Made by a program: the position numbers and the translations under genes
The notes under the pieces: generated by a model
Seen by the model: the letters and a program-made list of their open reading frames with translations, nothing else
Database searches by the model: none
Told to the model about the DNA's origin: nothing
Shown here: positions 13,155 through 24,350 of the stretch, one piece after another
How the letters are laid out: the number at the start of each line of letters is the position of its first letter
How positions within the stretch are numbered: the stretch's first letter is position 1
Source of the DNA: Atractiella rhizophila
Taxonomy: Eukaryota
Direction of reading: 5' to 3'
DNA length: 64,000 nt
NCBI GenBank assembly: GCA_021432655.1
Contig: MU271382.1
Coordinates: 1 to 64,000, forward strand

Positions 13155-14600
13155 ATGACAAAGTTTGTCCTCCTCTTTCTCTGTCAATTCATCCACTCTC
13201 AGTCGTCAGCGAATTCGACAAACTTCGTCATCAATGGGGGCTTTGAGACTGGGAAGACAGCACGCTGGCAGTGCATTTCGAACACCTCTACTGGCTGTGG
13301 TGCGTGCTATTTTGCAGCTTTGATGTTTAATCACACATGGTTTTACAGGATTAGAGTCGACATCAACAGGAGGATTCGCCAACACTGGCAGCATTAATGC
13401 TTTCATTACTTCCGGAAACCAGCTACGGCAGCCTCTCGCTATTGAGGCTGGAAAGTATGACCTGATATTTTCGATTTATTGTGTGCAATGTGCTGGTGCG
13501 AGCTAGAATGTGATTGTCGCTCTCGGACCATTGCTGCTTTTCGGAACCGCTGCTTTAGGGTCCACATCATTTGGTTCATCTTCCCTATTCGTATTGATAG
13601 TGATAGCTCACGCTGAGGATAGGACCATATCACGTCTCGTCTCACACATTCAATGTGGGGAAAGGGACATATTGAGGTTCGGCTACAACGATAGTGCGTC
13701 TCTCACTTGTCTCTCACCTGATTGACCGACCTTATCTCTTTTGACACAGCTGGCTGTCTCCGAATTGACGATGTCTCTTTCAGAGTCCACAAAGCTGTTC
13801 TAACATCGGCTTCCTCGGTAAACACTACCGTACTGGTTGGCGCCATCACAGGGGTTGTTGTTGCATTGGCAGTCTGCATTGGAGAAATACTCTTCTTTCG
13901 ACGTCGACGGCATAAGAAGAAGAGAAGTTCTATGGGCTCGGGACCACAGAAGGAGAAAGGAACCAAGGTCGCTATCTCTTATCCGAAGAGAGGGCATCCT
14001 TCTTGGATACGTCCTTTGAATGATCAGAGCGTGTTCATTTTCATTCGAGAGGCAAGGTGCATCGCAGTCAAAGCAGCTGCCGCGTTCACGTCCTACGTCC
14101 TCAGACGGTCATGGCCGTACAACCTCAAGAACTTATCAAAGCTTCGCTGAATTCGCTGCCGCGAATAATAAGCACGTCTCGCATGAATCCTCTTCCAGCG
14201 TTATATCACCGACCTATCCAATCATGGTCACAATCACATCAAGGCCATCGATCCACCTACCCACCCTCAAACTCAAATTTCGGCGCCACCACCAACAATG
14301 ACATCATCCTCCCTTGAGAAAGTATCGACATTAATCGCCCTCTTCCCATTACTCCCACGACATCGTTTTACCAGCCAACTCGAACGCCACTGAACGCCAC
14401 CGAGTGCTCGAACTCCTCCAACACCAAACTCGCATCTTTCTCCCCGAGAGCGAGATGAGAACTCGAGTGTTTCCCCTGTGCCGCATATTTCGATTCTGGA
14501 TTCTGACCAGTACTCTATGAGGACAACTAACATCGAATACATCGCTGCTCGCTCGAGACCGTTAGAGGAGAGGGATTTCTACCCTCAATATCCCCGTTTG
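13155..14600 (+). pseudogene. Signal-peptide, single-pass membrane protein with carbohydrate-binding-like N-terminus; disrupted
   Basis: MTKFVLLFLCQFIHSQS signal, NFVINGGFETG motif, TM segment VLVGAITGVVVALAVCIGEILFF followed by RRRRHKKK; internal stops/frameshifts; 3' end approximate. Confidence 0.45.
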
Positions 14601-14899
14601 CAGCATACAGCAATATAATCCCCGTTTCCAGTCCACTTTCACTCCTACACTTCGATCTTCAGCTTATTTGTTGCTTTATCTGCTCCCTTGTTGTTAGTTA
14701 TTAGCCGTTTGCTTGAAATATGAGGTTTATCGTGAGGTGCCGTATGGCCAAATAAGATGGGGAATGGAGGTAGCTATTGCAATGTCAACCTGCGAGATGG
14801 TGGTGTATGTGGCGCTTCAAACAAGCATATTAACAAGCTCATACATATAAAACTGCCTAGAACATGACAACAAAGACTTCACTCATTTCCAATAGCAGT

Positions 14900-15650
14900 G
14901 ATGAGTCTACAATTTCGTCAGCATTGGCAAGTGTTCAAATTGGCCCTCATCACGCACTGGATGAATGTCGGTCGCTTCTCCCCTCAAACTACTCCGAAAT
15001 AAATGATGAACGGGATCCATCCGAAATGCACGCGACATCAAACGTCTTGTTCAAAGCGTCTAGAGCAAAGGTTCCGAGTCATGTGCATAGAAGTTGACTC
15101 AGGGGAACATGTACCCTTCACGTCTTCGGAAACCATTCCCTGCGCAGGATGACATGAGCCACATATTAATGCCCAATAATTCGAGAGCTTACCGTAAATT
15201 TGTCGGAGTGAATGAAAAAGGAAGAATCGTTCTGTTGAAGGAGTTCCGGTTCCGATTTACCGCCCTTAAATCACATGACTATCTCCAGCTACCACACCTT
15301 GTTGTCGACATTGCTTGTGGAGACTTTCTCTTCTATCACCAGACGTGCATGTCCCAAGATTTGCAATTTGATAACGACAAACTTTGAATGGCCACCTAAA
15401 CGCCATATTTGCGATGATAAAGGAAAGAGTGGTTCCGGCTTGGTAAGCTTCGTGCATCATCCTGCTGACTTGTTTCGCGATGTGTGGGGTTAACACCTTT
15501 CCCGGCCCTGCAACGAGATGTGCACAAAGTAAGCAATTTCTCAGCATGGGTCAGCTTCATCGTAAAAAGGCAAAGTTACCTTACGAAACTCTGTCACGAC
15601 CGGATGATGAAAACGAGCCGGAGACCTTTGGTTCAATGATCATTTTGGAA
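14900..15650 (-). pseudogene. Highly degraded protein-kinase-like remnant
   Basis: Frame-hopping traces of H-R-D-L-K-P-E (ATGATGCAC..AAGCCGGAA) and IKIANLGHAR (DFG-like) in kinase order. Confidence 0.3.
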
Positions 15651-15891
15651 ACGATGAAGCGTATTGGGCTAATTTCTCACTCATCCCCACCTCTCCCCGT
15701 TGCTGCATACGGGCAGCTAACTGCGTGATCGGATACCTTTTCATTTAGACAGGCATCCTACATTCTACGCAGATGATGAGAAGGTCCACATTAGATTCGC
15801 GGTAAGAACATAAAAGGAGGGAGGCGAGTACTGGTGAGTTCAAGCGTCCAATAAATCGAATCCGGTTGATTTATAAGAATAGCAGATCCAA

Positions 15892-16807
15892 ATGGTTGAC
15901 TTTACGCTCTACTCTCACGATGCTGGACCAAATGTATGGTCTTTGGGTCCTCTTGACAAGTACAACTGACATAGCATGGCGTTTCTAGCCCTGGAAAGTC
16001 GCAATCGTCCTGGAATGCTTGGGACTTGATTACCAGCATATATATATGGACTTCACGAAGGGTTTGCGTCCTCTCTGTGTCGTCTAGTTCTGGCTACAAT
16101 TGCAGACTCAGGGGAGCACAAAGGGCCGGAACACACGAAACTAAATCCAAACGGACGCGTACCGACGCTGATAGATCACAAAAACAACGACTTTACGATC
16201 TGGGAGTCATGTGCTATCATTACTTATCTGGCAGACAAGTAAGCTCGTCGGTATGGCGCCAGCAACCTTTGTAATGTTTGTAGATATGACACTGAGCGGA
16301 AGCTGTCTGCTACTACTCCCGAGGATAAATTTATTGAGCTTCAATATCTTTTCTTCCAAGCAAGCGGTCAAGGCCCTTAGTAAGTATTGTAGTTTTTAGT
16401 CTTCAGATACTGTATACTCATGATTGCCATGATGCAGCTTTGGGCAATTCGGATGGTTCACGTTCTTCCATCCGGAGAAGATTACTTCTGCTCAAGAGCG
16501 TTACAAGAATGAGATCAACCGTGTGTGGAGTGTGCTTGAGGACATTCTGTCGAAGAAGGAATGGCTCGGCGGATCCAAATGCACCATCGCTGATCTTTCC
16601 TTCATCACTTGGAACGAAATGGTTCGCTTTATCCTTCTCCCTCATTCGTCAGGAGCTGAGAACTCCACCTGCTTAAAGGCTATCAACACAAAGGCCATTG
16701 ATGATCCTGAGAAATATCCGAAGGTCTTTGAATGGCACAAGAAAATGGTGGAAATGGCCCCCGTGAAAAAGGTATTGGAGGAGAAGGCTGGAAGGCAGAA
16801 GCATTAA
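15892..16807 (+). CDS. Glutathione S-transferase, Ure2p-like (multi-exon)
   Basis: MVDFTLYSHDAGPN|PWKVAIVLE, LNPNGRVPTLIDH, IWESCAIITYL, FFQASGQGPYFGQ, WLGGSKCTIADLSF; canonical GT-AG introns give an open frame. Confidence 0.92.
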
Positions 16808-17421
16808 TGGATGCGAATGAAAGATTATACCAAGAAAAGGGGGTTATAACGAGTATTCAAAGGTCCTTTTGCGGAAGGACATGTTCTGCTCAAGCTGAAC
16901 TGTTCTTCGTCTCTTGGTGCAGAGTGAATTGAATTGACATCAGAACATCAAGCTCAGTAACCATTGGCTTCTGTTGCCCTAAAGAATAGTCTTGACTGAA
17001 AAACAACCACGAATCTGTCCTCAGTGTGAACTGAACGTGAACTGCGTCGGCAAGAAGGATACGCAACAGGGCTTTTACTCTTCTCCTTTGGGTCTCACTG
17101 AATGTCAGATCCAGATCTACTCGCCTTGCGGCCAAGGAAGGATTGAGCTTTCAGCTTGTCAAGCCCAACTTGGTACAAGGGGTTCAGGTTTTGGGTTATA
17201 GTTGAGTGCCCTACAAGTAATCTTGCCATCACAACACGTTCATGTGATTGGAGATTCCGAGAGCGTAATGAATAATAATAATATCATAGGCTTCGGGTCC
17301 TTTTCACAGGCAAGAGCATCAGTCAGGCATTATGGAGTATCATGTTGTTTGCCTCGTGCTATTTGCAGAAGAACAAAACATGCAATCGACGCACATTCCA
17401 CAAGAATCCCAAACCAATGGC

Positions 17422-18563
17422 TCAAATTGGTTCCACGACTGCCGCCTGCTCTCGACTCTGGTTCGTCCTAAGCGAATAATCATCGCCGTGCTGTTTATTT
17501 GCACAAACCCATCAGATTTGCAAGGTAATCGAGAGGGGATGGTGAAGGAAGACACGGACCTGGGTGATGTATCTGACCCACGGCAGCGCTTGATATCCGC
17601 TCTTCTCGACGATTTTGAGGTATCGAACTTGGATCCCGGATACAGTGAAATATGGAATCTCAAACTTGACACTGATTGGAGCACGGTTCTCTAAGTCTTC
17701 TGTTGTCCCAAAGAAAAACAAACATCAGGTGATGCTAGTGCATTAAACGTTACGACGAACCTCCTTTGACAGATGGAAGCCCGAAATGTGCACGCATGAG
17801 GAATTCCTTGTTTCCTCCCAACTGCTTGATCTTCCATACAAAAGCCGACTTTTCAGGTAAGTATTGTACCGTTCCTACGGCTGCCTGGATCGATGCCAAC
17901 ACTTAGCCAGGGAGAAGATGAGGTGAAGCGGAACATACGCGGAACCGTGGAGTGTCTGCATCATCGGGGACGGGAATGTACACTTCAACGTTATTTGCCG
18001 TCGATCGTCGTTTGAACTGTGCTCTGACCTGTCGTAACATTAATCAGCTAACACGGCCACAAAACCTGCAACGTAACACGCGAAGGAGGAAAGGCTAACC
18101 TTGACAATATATTCTACCCTTGATCCCTTATGATGTTCAATGCTAGCCTCTGCCCAGATGAGAGGCTTGACTTGTGTATTCAGACGGTAGCTCATGAGCT
18201 CGAACTCTCCATCTGGGGGGATGAAAGAGTTCGTCTGTTCATTCTCGAAACGTGCCAAACGAACACATTTATGGAACTTAACGTCCTCCATCTCAATGGC
18301 TTTGCCTAGAGATGCTACCGAACAGTACTTATCAGCGTATGGGTGAAGGATTAAAGCACTGAGAACGCACTCCGCCCAGTACTTTCGAACATCACTTTAT
18401 CGTTCAATCCTAGTCGTAGCTCCGGCATACCCGATAGGTAGCACTTCATCTTGACCGCACCAAAAATTTCTGAACGAACCACATTTCCCGCCATATTCAG
18501 CTATTCAACGAGACCAAATCAACGCCGAACATAGTGGCCTCTTAGACAGATGTGGTACGCACT
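17422..18563 (-). pseudogene. APM1: AP-1 adaptor mu subunit, 3' half only
   Basis: VRSEIFGAVKMKCYLSGMPELRLGLNDK, MEDVKFHKCV, FIPPDGEFELMSYRL, VKFEIPYFTVSGIQVRYLKIVEKSGYQALPWVRYITQ; introns kept; N-terminal half not found in the window. Confidence 0.85.
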
Positions 18564-19106
18564 ACACGGCTGGCCGGAGGTTTGGTTGGATCGTTATCAA
18601 TGTTTATGCACGGCAAATGTCTCGCAAATGGCTACTCAACTTCAATAACCTTTTCTTGGCCTTGCTCTTCGGCTTCCCTTCTCTATGGCGATTGGTTTGG
18701 GGAATATCAATTTTCGGGCAACACTTGCTGATTGCGGCTGCTATGTATCTACAAGAGCAGCTCTTTTAAGAGAGCCGCAACTAAGCAAGACATAAAGAGA
18801 TCACTGAATAAGAATTGATCAAGAAACAGGTCCATGCTAAATGGTCAGACAATAATGAAGAACAGTGCTATATGAGAGCAAAGGAATTAAAGGGTGGTCT
18901 ATGCCAAGTTCTAAGAGGAAAGCTTTGATGGGAATGCACCTCTACCGTGCTAAGGAGCGCATGATCCTCCCAGGAATGATGGGACCAATCAGCTTGTTAC
19001 CAGATATCCGGGGGTTTGACGTTAGAATTCGGTCATGTTCGCGAGCACTCGCTTCAATTCTGAGCGACAGATAGAGATATGGGAGTCTGACTTTATAATC
19101 ACGTCT

Positions 19107-20411
19107 TCACGGAATCGGGATGAGCCACCACCATCATTCCTCAACTTTTGTCATCTCCTTGCACACCGCATACTCTTTCATGATCCTCCTCACGTTCACG
19201 ATCTCCTCGTCGTGCCACTCTCCAAAGAATAAACGAACCACAAGAGCCGATCCCATCCCTCTCCATCAGTCCGATCCCCCTTCATAACTCCTCTCACATG
19301 CCAGTCCCCAATGAACCAGCGGATGAAGTCTTGGAAATTGAACGAGTCCACCACGCAGTACTTAAGTGTTACCGAACATATCATCGTTGCATTTTGGATT
19401 GTGTTCAAGAACTGGGGAGATATGAGGTTTGAAGTTTCTTCGCCCCCGTCGAGGGTCAGGGAGCTAAGGTGTGTGAGATGTGATAAATCGAGCGGAGTGG
19501 GGAAGATGGATGTCGGTCCGCTGGCGGAGAAGGGGTTAGCTCGACTGTGACATGTTCCAGATGAGGTGGCAAGGGGTGGTCTGAGATGGAAGGAGGGAGG
19601 GGACACATATTGGAGAGTTGCAGGTGGCGAAGGGTGGGTGGGAGAGAGAGGGAAGGGAGAGGCGGATACTGGTCAAGGTCTAGGTATTCGAGGCCATGAG
19701 GTAATCGAAGGCTAGTTGATGCGGAAGAGGCAGAGTCCTCCACCTCCCAAGCAGTGAGACGTTTGGTCCTCCCACACGTTCGCCGCATAAAGTTCTCGAC
19801 CTCCTCCTTCTTCCACTTCCTCCAACCCTCCTGTCCAAAGGCTATGTCATTCACACTCGTCAAGCCTACAATCGCATTCAACACAATCTTCGCGTCTTCT
19901 TCATTCCAACAGGCATCCATCCGCACTCTTGTGACATTCGGCGAGCCCACTATGACGTCTTTCACCATCCAAACGCTGATGCTCTCTCCAAACCGCAACA
20001 TTGTCAACTCTCCCCACAAGCGCCCAGCACCGGGATATCGTTTCAAGCGTGCATACCTTCCCTCCACGTAATCAGGTTCGTCCCAGTAAGGAGCTGAAAC
20101 AACCCTCCACAGTTGGCACACGTCAGAGAGGATGGAAGCATCGTCGACGAAACCAAATATGACACAGAGGAGCTCGGCGGGCAAGTGCGAGATCGAGCAT
20201 GGAATAATCCCCGGAGGTGAGGAGGCCGAGAGTTGGATAATGCACACCCTGTCGTCAGGGAAGGGGGACGCTTCGTCGTCCCTGATTGGAACCCAGCGCT
20301 TTTCGTCATCGAAGGGAAAAATGGCTATGGGGGCGAAGATGGCATTCGTTGGAAGAAGGGTAAACGTGTGAGTATATTGATCGCCACACGAATGTCCTTC
20401 GACAGACGCAG
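19107..20411 (-). pseudogene. F-box-like/LRR-like family member A (5'-truncated, frameshifted)
   Basis: CSISHLPAELLCVIFGF..LSDVCQLW F-box-like motif; LRHLQLSNMCPLPP repeats; frameshift near 19520; clear paralog of the genes at 54938 and 60540. Confidence 0.7.
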
Positions 20412-21359
20412 TTGACGCGTGCCCTTCTACACCCATACTGCATTCGAATTCTGCGAAAGCGTCGAATCTCTCGAAGGGAGCTGGACTTAGCTGAGGGACT
20501 AATTATTGAATACGTTAAAGAGTTTGAACAGCTGTATTATCAAAAGGACATCCACCGTGTCAATTTCTGTCGAATGTCTCTGCACAAGCTTTTGCATCTT
20601 GCGGCTCAAACTCGTCGAGTTGGACCATTTATCTACGTCACTCAGTGGACTCTCGAGCGAACTATCGGCATTTTGGGCTCAAGAATACGTCAACCATCAA
20701 AGCCTTACCAGAACCTCTCAAAGCAGTGTATTCAGCAAGCACAGTGTCAAGCATTACGCTCCATTGACACCACACTCATGGAGAAACGAATGCTCCGTAC
20801 ACTCCCTAAAGGCGCTCTCGAATTAAGCGGTTCCTTTGCACTGTTACGTGCCTCTGAACCTGCGGTCTTTACCGATGGACCTGAGAGGGATGTCACTTTG
20901 AATTATCTGCGACAGCTTCACACTGAAGTGGAGCTGTCGGCATGGAATGGTAACTTTACAAAATGGGCACGTCTTCAACTGCCAAATGGGGAGCGAGTGC
21001 GTACTCGATGGAAGGAACTGCAACGCCCTCAGAATGAGGTTCGCATCAGTCGGAACATCATGTATACACGACGCAGCTCCCCTACCTCAAAAATGGAAGT
21101 TGAATATGGCGAGGTCAGTTACTTCTTGGAACTGACCACGGCCTCAGTTACCCACCATCTTGCTCTAGTTCGACCATTCCAAGAGTATGAGAGCCGTGAT
21201 CGTTACGGTGTTGTGGTGACTTATAAGCCTGCACCGGCAGGTGTACTTGTTGTCATTCCTGTTCATAACATTACTGAAATGGTTGCGGTGGTTCCCAGAC
21301 CATGGTTTGAGGATTGGTTCATTGTGCATAAACTAGGTTTGGATGTAGAAAGTGATTAA
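20412..21359 (+). mobile_element. C-terminal fragment of a fungal CACTA/EnSpm-like transposase
   Basis: LHKLLHLA..TRRVGP....QWTLERTIGILG..IRQPSKPY.NLS and KWARLQLPNGE..R motifs; N-terminus absent. Confidence 0.75.
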
Positions 21360-21379
21360 TTTTATCATCCACAAGTTCG

Positions 21380-21989
21380 NNNNNNNNNNNNNNNNNNNNN
21401 NNNNNNNNNNNNNNNNNNNNNNNNNNNNNNNNNNNNNNNNNNNNNNNNNNNNNNNNNNNNNNNNNNNNNNNNNNNNNNNNNNNNNNNNNNNNNNNNNNNN
21501 NNNNNNNNNNNNNNNNNNNNNNNNNNNNNNNNNNNNNNNNNNNNNNNNNNNNNNNNNNNNNNNNNNNNNNNNNNNNNNNNNNNNNNNNNNNNNNNNNNNN
21601 NNNNNNNNNNNNNNNNNNNNNNNNNNNNNNNNNNNNNNNNNNNNNNNNNNNNNNNNNNNNNNNNNNNNNNNNNNNNNNNNNNNNNNNNNNNNNNNNNNNN
21701 NNNNNNNNNNNNNNNNNNNNNNNNNNNNNNNNNNNNNNNNNNNNNNNNNNNNNNNNNNNNNNNNNNNNNNNNNNNNNNNNNNNNNNNNNNNNNNNNNNNN
21801 NNNNNNNNNNNNNNNNNNNNNNNNNNNNNNNNNNNNNNNNNNNNNNNNNNNNNNNNNNNNNNNNNNNNNNNNNNNNNNNNNNNNNNNNNNNNNNNNNNNN
21901 NNNNNNNNNNNNNNNNNNNNNNNNNNNNNNNNNNNNNNNNNNNNNNNNNNNNNNNNNNNNNNNNNNNNNNNNNNNNNNNNNNNNNNNNN
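21380..21989. other. Assembly gap (610 N)
   Basis: Run of N. Confidence 1.
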
Positions 21990-22369
21990 CTCTGCACCCT
22001 AGGTTTTGCGCTGATCGCAATTGACGGTGACTGCTTCTTGAATATCCTCGAGAACTCGAGAAAGTGACTCAGAACTGAAAAATCAGAGTTCTGCGCGTCG
22101 TCTGCGATGTAGTACGACATTGAAAGGAAAGGGAAGGAAATTCCATCAATTTCCAGCTCAGCATGAGAAAATATTTCTTCATAGTTATCGGACTATGTGT
22201 ATGCAGGAAAATGCGGGAACTTTGTCTGAATTTGCCGCGAAAAGCCAGGAATAAGGGAAAATGTCGGAAAGGACTTTTGACAGGGGTCGAAGGATCAAAG
22301 CCACACTTTTGCAATTGATTCCCAGCCGCCTTCTGCGCCAAACTTCGACGGATCTTGAGGTCTCCTAAA

Positions 22370-23167
22370 TTAAAATGCCTCAGTAATGCACGCTTCCGAC
22401 CTATCCTTCTTTGCTAGCGCCTTCTCGGAACAATCTCGTGCCAAATGTCCGGAGTCTCCGCAGACCCAGCAATTGATTTGTCGATCGGAATTTGATTGAT
22501 CACGCCTTCTGAACCTTCTCGTGTTCGTGAGCAGTGCCTCCCCAGTTCCTCCTCTTGACTCCCCTGAACCTCCTCTTCTCCCTTCCTCATCCCTGAGAGC
22601 ACCAATAACATCTTGAATGGACAACTCTTCCTTAGTCGCCATTAATGTTCCAGCAAGGTTCCCCCAGTCCTCCGCGAGGTTGAAAATGAGGACATCCGTA
22701 ATATCGGTGTCAGAGATCTGGAGCCCGATCGATTTGAGATTCGACGCACTAGAAGAAACTTCTTGAACGTAGGACTCAATTGGCTTCGAGGGGTCGTGTT
22801 TCGCGTTATAGAAACGGCGTTTAAGCGTGATACGGTTTGCGCGGCTGTTCTTCTCATACTTGTCTTTCAAAGCCTTCCATGCCGCTGCCCCGGTAGCTGA
22901 ATCTCGGATATAGATGAATTGCGATGGATCGACACTTAATCCGACGATCGTCAGCCCAACCTCGTTTGCATCTTTCCAGTTCTTCAGTTTCTTCGTCTCC
23001 TCTGCCAAAGGCTCCTCCACCACTCCACTCACTTCTTCCCAGCAACCACCTCTCTTCAACACCAACGAGACAGCAAATTTCCAGTCGTAATAATTGGTTT
23101 CCGTAAGTTTGGGAACTGACTGAATCAGAGAGTTAAGGTTGGCATTGGACATGGTTGTATTAATCAA
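22370..23167 (-). CDS. Ty1/Copia Gag (UBN2-like domain plus CCHC zinc knuckle)
   Basis: PKLTETNYYDWKFAV, AWKALKDKYE..RITLKRRF, CWVCGDSGHLARDC; open ORF, no pol downstream. Confidence 0.88.
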   Translation of the reverse strand: MINTTMSNANLNSLIQSVPKLTETNYYDWKFAVSLVLKRGGCWEEVSGVVEEPLAEETKKLKNWKDANEVGLTIVGLSVDPSQFIYIRDSATGAAAWKALKDKYEKNSRANRITLKRRFYNAKHDPSKPIESYVQEVSSSASNLKSIGLQISDTDITDVLIFNLAEDWGNLAGTLMATKEELSIQDVIGALRDEEGRRGGSGESRGGTGEALLTNTRRFRRRDQSNSDRQINCWVCGDSGHLARDCSEKALAKKDRSEACITEAF

Positions 23168-23499
23168 GTGGCTACGAGTCTACACGGCAGGTTGGGTACG
23201 GAATCCAGGGGAGCTCCGTCAGGACTGTCCAACCTGTCAGCCCTGATGAAAGGATTCAGGAAGTAAACCAGATGGAACTTGAGGTATAAACAGTGCTTGA
23301 TAACTCTGTCATGGTCATTTCTTTTTTGATAACTACTCAGAGGTTACTATGATACTATCTGGTTTAATGTATCCATTTGTTCATATATCCTGGGTTGCTA
23401 AATGTTCCACTACAGCAACCTTCAACTCATTTCTCCTCTTCGGTGCTTCCTCAAGCTGATGCGCTTGATCTCCTCAACCTAAATCTTCATTATGATCCA

Positions 23500-24350
23500 C
23501 AACCTCCTACTCCCAAGGTCTGCCATATGTCTCACTCAGCTCACGTTCAAATGCTATGCCATCCCGGTAGAAAGCATCCTTGCTCAGGTCCAAATCTTGT
23601 TCATCATTGAAAGCAAACATATGGACAATCATGCAAACTCGGATCCAATCTTGAACCATTGCAATGCTGTTGATTGTTAAGGAGGCGCAATTCTTCGAGT
23701 GATTGGAAGCAACCTTTGAGGTATCCAATGGCATGTTCTGCGGCGATGCGAATACGTGAAGGGTGCACCGGTGAACATTGAAAAGACGTTCCGTTGCATT
23801 ACAGTCTTGTTGCACAGTTGCCTGATCATAGGGAATAATCAACCAGTCCTGAATTGGGTATCCTGAGTCTTCCCAACACCATTCATCATCTACGAGAAGT
23901 GCAGAGTGGTGATTACGAGGAACCACTCTGTCCATCTTCGCTTGCCAGAGTAAAGTATCTCATGCTAGCAATCGAACGGAGGAACAGGCACCTTTAAGTG
24001 ATCCATCCACCACATCATCCCACTTTGCCTTCCTCAAAGACGAAAATGCTGACGTGTAGTGTCTCCCCATTCTCCTCATCCAACTGCCAAAAACCTACCA
24101 AGAGCTTCCCGTCGAAAGTGTGCACGCTCTCCAGCACGTCCTTGATGCCGAACACAAAGCAGGACCAAGTTTTGATTTAGGGGCATGATACTTCATGCCT
24201 CCAGGGGGCAGAAACAAACACGGCCGTAGCTTGCTGATGATCCTGAACTTTGTTGGAACTAATTACCCTATTTGAGGCATGTTGATGTTGCTGTGCTTGG
24301 TGCCCGAGCCCTTTGTTCTCATGGTAATCCTTGCTGCATTCGTGGTAGAG
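23500..24350 (-). pseudogene. Degraded PIF/Harbinger transposase (DDE_Tnp_4-like)
   Basis: EWCWEDSGYP...WLIIPY and RIRIAAEHAIGYLKGCFQSL in different frames; boundaries approximate. Confidence 0.7.

Noticed and set aside
13110..13200. ~40-bp imperfect tandem duplication at the start of the membrane-protein pseudogene
   Set aside because: Real but a trivial local duplication
21319..22120. Long ORFs spanning 21.3-22.1 kb
   Set aside because: Artefacts of translating the N gap
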